NCBI GenBank assembly: GCA_963662465.1
Contig: OY759599.1
Span: 1,216,001-1,280,000, forward strand
DNA: 64,000 nucleotides
From: Desulfatiglandales bacterium
Lineage (GTDB): Bacteria; Desulfobacterota; DSM-4660; Desulfatiglandales; Desulfatiglandaceae
Direction: 5' to 3'
Shown piece by piece: positions 61,175 through 64,000 of the stretch (its first letter is position 1; the number at the start of each line of letters is the position of its first letter). A program made the translations under genes and the position numbers. A model generated the notes under the pieces. It saw only the letters and a list, made by a program, of their open reading frames with translations, had not been told where the DNA came from and did not search any database.

Positions 61175-62211
61175 TTTCCCCCTCCCGCTATGTCCGCAAA
61201 GGCCGACCCGGTTTGTGCTATGGGCTGGGGACCCTGCTGCTGGTCCTTTTTCTGGTTTCACTTATGGTGGGCCGATTTAAAATATCCGTTTCGGAAATCG
61301 GCGCCATATTATCGAGCCTGCTGCCCGGCAACAGCCTTTCCCACGACCTTGTTTCCCAGAAGCTGGTCTTTTTGTGGGTACGCCTGCCAAGATGCATCAT
61401 GGCCGTCATTGTCGGCGCCGGCCTGTCAATTTCAGGCGCCGCGTACCAGGCACTGTTCCGAAATCCGCTGGTATCCCCGGATATTCTCGGTGTCGCGGCG
61501 GGATGTACATTCGGTGCGGCATTAGGAATCCTTCTGCCTGGAGACGGTTGTTACCAGGTCCAGGTCCTTTCCTTTGGGTTCGGTCTTCTGGCGGTTTCCA
61601 TGGCTGTCGGCATTGCACGGCTCATATCCGTTAAACCGGTGATTGTAATGGTGCTGGCGGGCATGGTGGTACTCTCTTTTTTTAATGCCCTGTTGATGAT
61701 CCTTAAATACTTTTCCGATCCCTATGATGAACTGCCGAGCATTGTTTTCTGGATCATGGGGAGCCTCACCCGGGCGACCTGGCATGATCTGGCGGTCGCC
61801 GCACCGGTGACCGGCTGCGGGTTGCTGTTGTTTATGCTGCTGCGCTTTCGGCTTAACATCCTTTCTTTGGGGGACGTCCAGGCCCAATCCCTGGGGATGA
61901 ACCCCTCTATTTTCAGAATAGTCCTGATTACCACAAGCTCCTTCATGGTGGCCATGCTCGTGGCCGCCTGCGGCCAGATCTGCTGGATCGGCCTGATCAT
62001 ACCGCATATGGCCCGGACCCTGGTGGGCCCCGAACACGAGAACATGCTTCCGGTAACCGCCCTTTTGGGCGCCATCTTCATGCTGGCCGCCGATGGCGTC
62101 GCCAGATCCGTCACATCCGCTGAAATCCCGGTGGGCATCATTACGGCCCTTGCCGGCGCGCCGATTTTTGCCTTTCTCTTATACCGAAACAGGGGGAGCG
62201 GATGGCTGTGA
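61171..62211 (+). CDS. FecCD-family permease
   Basis: VRLPR, YQALFRNPLVSPDILGV, IGLIIPHMAR, EIPVGIITALAGAP. Confidence 0.92.
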   Translation: MISPSRYVRKGRPGLCYGLGTLLLVLFLVSLMVGRFKISVSEIGAILSSLLPGNSLSHDLVSQKLVFLWVRLPRCIMAVIVGAGLSISGAAYQALFRNPLVSPDILGVAAGCTFGAALGILLPGDGCYQVQVLSFGFGLLAVSMAVGIARLISVKPVIVMVLAGMVVLSFFNALLMILKYFSDPYDELPSIVFWIMGSLTRATWHDLAVAAPVTGCGLLLFMLLRFRLNILSLGDVQAQSLGMNPSIFRIVLITTSSFMVAMLVAACGQICWIGLIIPHMARTLVGPEHENMLPVTALLGAIFMLAADGVARSVTSAEIPVGIITALAGAPIFAFLLYRNRGSGWL

Positions 62212-62990
62212 AACTGGAGTGCAAATTGCTCACGTTCCGATACGGAAAAACGGACATTCTCCACGACATCTCCTTTTCCGTTGAACCCGGTGTTTTTTGT
62301 GCTGTTCTCGGCCGCAACGGTTCGGGTAAAACCACCCTGCTCCATTGCCTGAATGGCATTCATAAACCCTGTGAAGGGAATATTTTGATCAACGGCAAAG
62401 ATATCAACCTCATGACCCGCAACGAAATCGCTCGACACGTCAGCCTCGTCCCTCAGGAACACCTTGAGATTTTTCCGTTCCGGGTGATAGACGTTGTGGT
62501 CATGGGGAGAGCGCCTTTTATCGGGATGACCCGAACGCCCACACCGATGGATTATGATCTGGCCCTTGAGGCTCTTGAAACGCTCAATGCCCGGAGACTG
62601 GCCGACTGCAATTTCAACCGGATTTCAGGCGGAGAAAGACAAATTGTCCTGCTGGCCTGCGCCCTTGCCCAAACCAGTGAAATCATGCTCCTGGATGAAC
62701 CCACCAACCACCTTGATTTTAACAACCAGTACCTTCTTTTATCCAGAATCAAGCAGTTCTGCCGGACCCGAAAAACCAGTGTGATCGCCTCCATGCATGA
62801 TCCCAACATGGCGATTTTGTTTGCTGATACCATCGTCATGGTCAAAAATGGTAAACTGGTCGCCTGCGGCCCTGCCGAAGACATCATGACCAAACAAAAC
62901 ATTGACCGTTTATACGATACGGATACGGCGCCTTTGGCAATTTCCGAAACCAGACATTTCTTTCTGCCCGGCGGAATCGTTAATGCATAA
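62202..62990 (+). CDS. ABC ATP-binding protein (FecE-like)
   Basis: LGRNGSGKTT, ISGGERQ, LLDEPTNHLD. Confidence 0.92.
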   Translation: MAVKLECKLLTFRYGKTDILHDISFSVEPGVFCAVLGRNGSGKTTLLHCLNGIHKPCEGNILINGKDINLMTRNEIARHVSLVPQEHLEIFPFRVIDVVVMGRAPFIGMTRTPTPMDYDLALEALETLNARRLADCNFNRISGGERQIVLLACALAQTSEIMLLDEPTNHLDFNNQYLLLSRIKQFCRTRKTSVIASMHDPNMAILFADTIVMVKNGKLVACGPAEDIMTKQNIDRLYDTDTAPLAISETRHFFLPGGIVNA

Positions 62991-63657
62991 ATCACCGGAT
63001 AAAATATCGACCGTACCCTGCAATTCAGCGGAATTACCCCCGGAATTGTTTAATTTGAATGCGGGCATCCGTTCAAACATGCCCGACAACAGCCTTCTGT
63101 TCACGGCAGCCCCGGATACCCGGCGCATCATTCTCACCGGAGCGGTTCAATCCGGCAAATCTACGCTTGCGGCTCTGCTGGTCAGACAGTTGAAGCGGAA
63201 AAACATTCATGTGGCCGGCATTCTGGCCAAGGGGCTATGGGAAAACAATCAGCGCTCAGGCTTTGATCTGATCGACCTGAAAACCGGTCTGTCGATGCCC
63301 CTGGCCAGGCGGCTCGCACCGGCGGAAGGACTCGGCAAACCGGAAATGCCCTTTAGATTTCTGAAAACGGGTGTGGCTGCTGGTCGCAGGGCCCTGAACG
63401 TGGTCCAGTGCGGCCGGGCCGACCTCATTATGGTAGATGAAATCGGCAAACTGGAGGCCCGGGGACTGGGCTGGGCCCCGGACCTGGCGCCATTGCTGGC
63501 CTTTTCCGAAGCCATTCACCTGTGGATTGTCAGGGAGCATCTGGTGGAAAAGATCTGCCGCATCTGGCATGTCACCCGAACGCAGGTCATCCATGTCACG
63601 GCCCCGGATGCTCTGGAGCAGTTGACAGCCGCATGTGCAACAGGAAAGATCGAATAA
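62983..63657 (+). CDS. NTPase_1/DUF2478-like P-loop protein
   Basis: ILTGAVQSGKST, RSGFDLIDL, LIMVDEIGKLE; start uncertain. Confidence 0.8.
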   Translation: MHKSPDKISTVPCNSAELPPELFNLNAGIRSNMPDNSLLFTAAPDTRRIILTGAVQSGKSTLAALLVRQLKRKNIHVAGILAKGLWENNQRSGFDLIDLKTGLSMPLARRLAPAEGLGKPEMPFRFLKTGVAAGRRALNVVQCGRADLIMVDEIGKLEARGLGWAPDLAPLLAFSEAIHLWIVREHLVEKICRIWHVTRTQVIHVTAPDALEQLTAACATGKIE

Positions 63658-63748
63658 TTTTTTGCCACACATTCCCCCCCCTTGTCGTAAACCATTTTTC
63701 GCGCTATAACGCTGTTTTCTGAAGCATCTTTTCTGCTTTTTCATTTTT

Positions 63749-63777
63749 TTTTGAAAATCTCCTCATCATCGCCGTAA
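63749..63777 (+). promoter_or_regulatory. ECF-type promoter motif, site E
   Basis: TTTTGAA-N15-GCCGTAA, 172 nt before ATG 63950. Confidence 0.75.
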
Positions 63778-63896
63778 CAACAAACAAGAAACAGGCGCGT
63801 TGCACAACCATATCAAGTGCCTGAATGAAAACTCCAAAATATACCCAATTTTGACTAAATAATTTACAACTAACTGAGATTGTTACTTGTTTTTAA

Positions 63897-63926
63897 CTTA
63901 AAACTTAAAACCTAAAACTTAAAACC
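63897..63926. repeat. Heptamer repeat (CTTAAAA) x4
   Basis: Reverse complement of the array at 59727-59763, with one variant unit. Confidence 0.8.
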
Positions 63927-63949
63927 GTCCCTAAAGGAGGCCTGGCATC

Positions 63950-64000
63950 ATGACCCCACAAACCAGCGGGAAGCAACAAAGCACGGCGCCGGATTTCTCT
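63950..64000 (+). CDS. Start of an unidentified gene (runs off the right edge)
   Basis: AAGGAGG RBS, then MTPQTSGEATKHGAGFL. Confidence 0.55.
   Translation, partial: MTPQTSGKQQSTAPDFS

Noticed and set aside
60104..63657. ABC operon as part of the CRISPR regulon
   Set aside because: An ordinary FecBCDE-type transporter with no copy of the motif upstream.
63660..63690. Possible sixth promoter motif TTTTGCC...GTCGTAA
   Set aside because: Both half-sites deviate and the spacing is 2 nt longer.

Overview
Bacterial window, probably Desulfobacterota (inferred from gene content). Left to right: (1) a core minus-strand block (alr, patatin, Fe-ADH, hypothetical); (2) a ~18 kb DISARM-like defence operon (SNF2 helicase, large N6-adenine methyltransferase, an inserted HEPN-like gene plus double-P-loop ATPase, and a helicase-DUF1998-nuclease-S24 gene split by a 1-nt frameshift); (3) three ISs with readable IRs and target duplications, one nested in another; (4) a core Liv-type ABC/acyl-CoA ligase operon and tRNA-Leu; (5) an accessory region with decayed integrase starts, a sigma-like/anti-sigma-like/Lon-protease triad, a cargo-carrying IS21 element, a 51-repeat CRISPR array (probably type III), TA modules, a TPR gene, cas1-cas2 and an Fe/B12-type ABC cassette. 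Main finding: the triad at 40443-44810 resembles the CalpS-CalpT-CalpL cascade, but its protease carries a helical/TPR-like tail and no recognisable SAVED domain. An exactly spaced ECF-type motif, TTTTGAA-N15-GCCGTAA, occurs five times, upstream of the anti-sigma/protease genes, an exported protein, the TPR gene, cas1-cas2 and the next operon. This suggests a protease-gated sigma regulon controlling CRISPR adaptation. All family calls come from motif recognition by eye; no searches were run.
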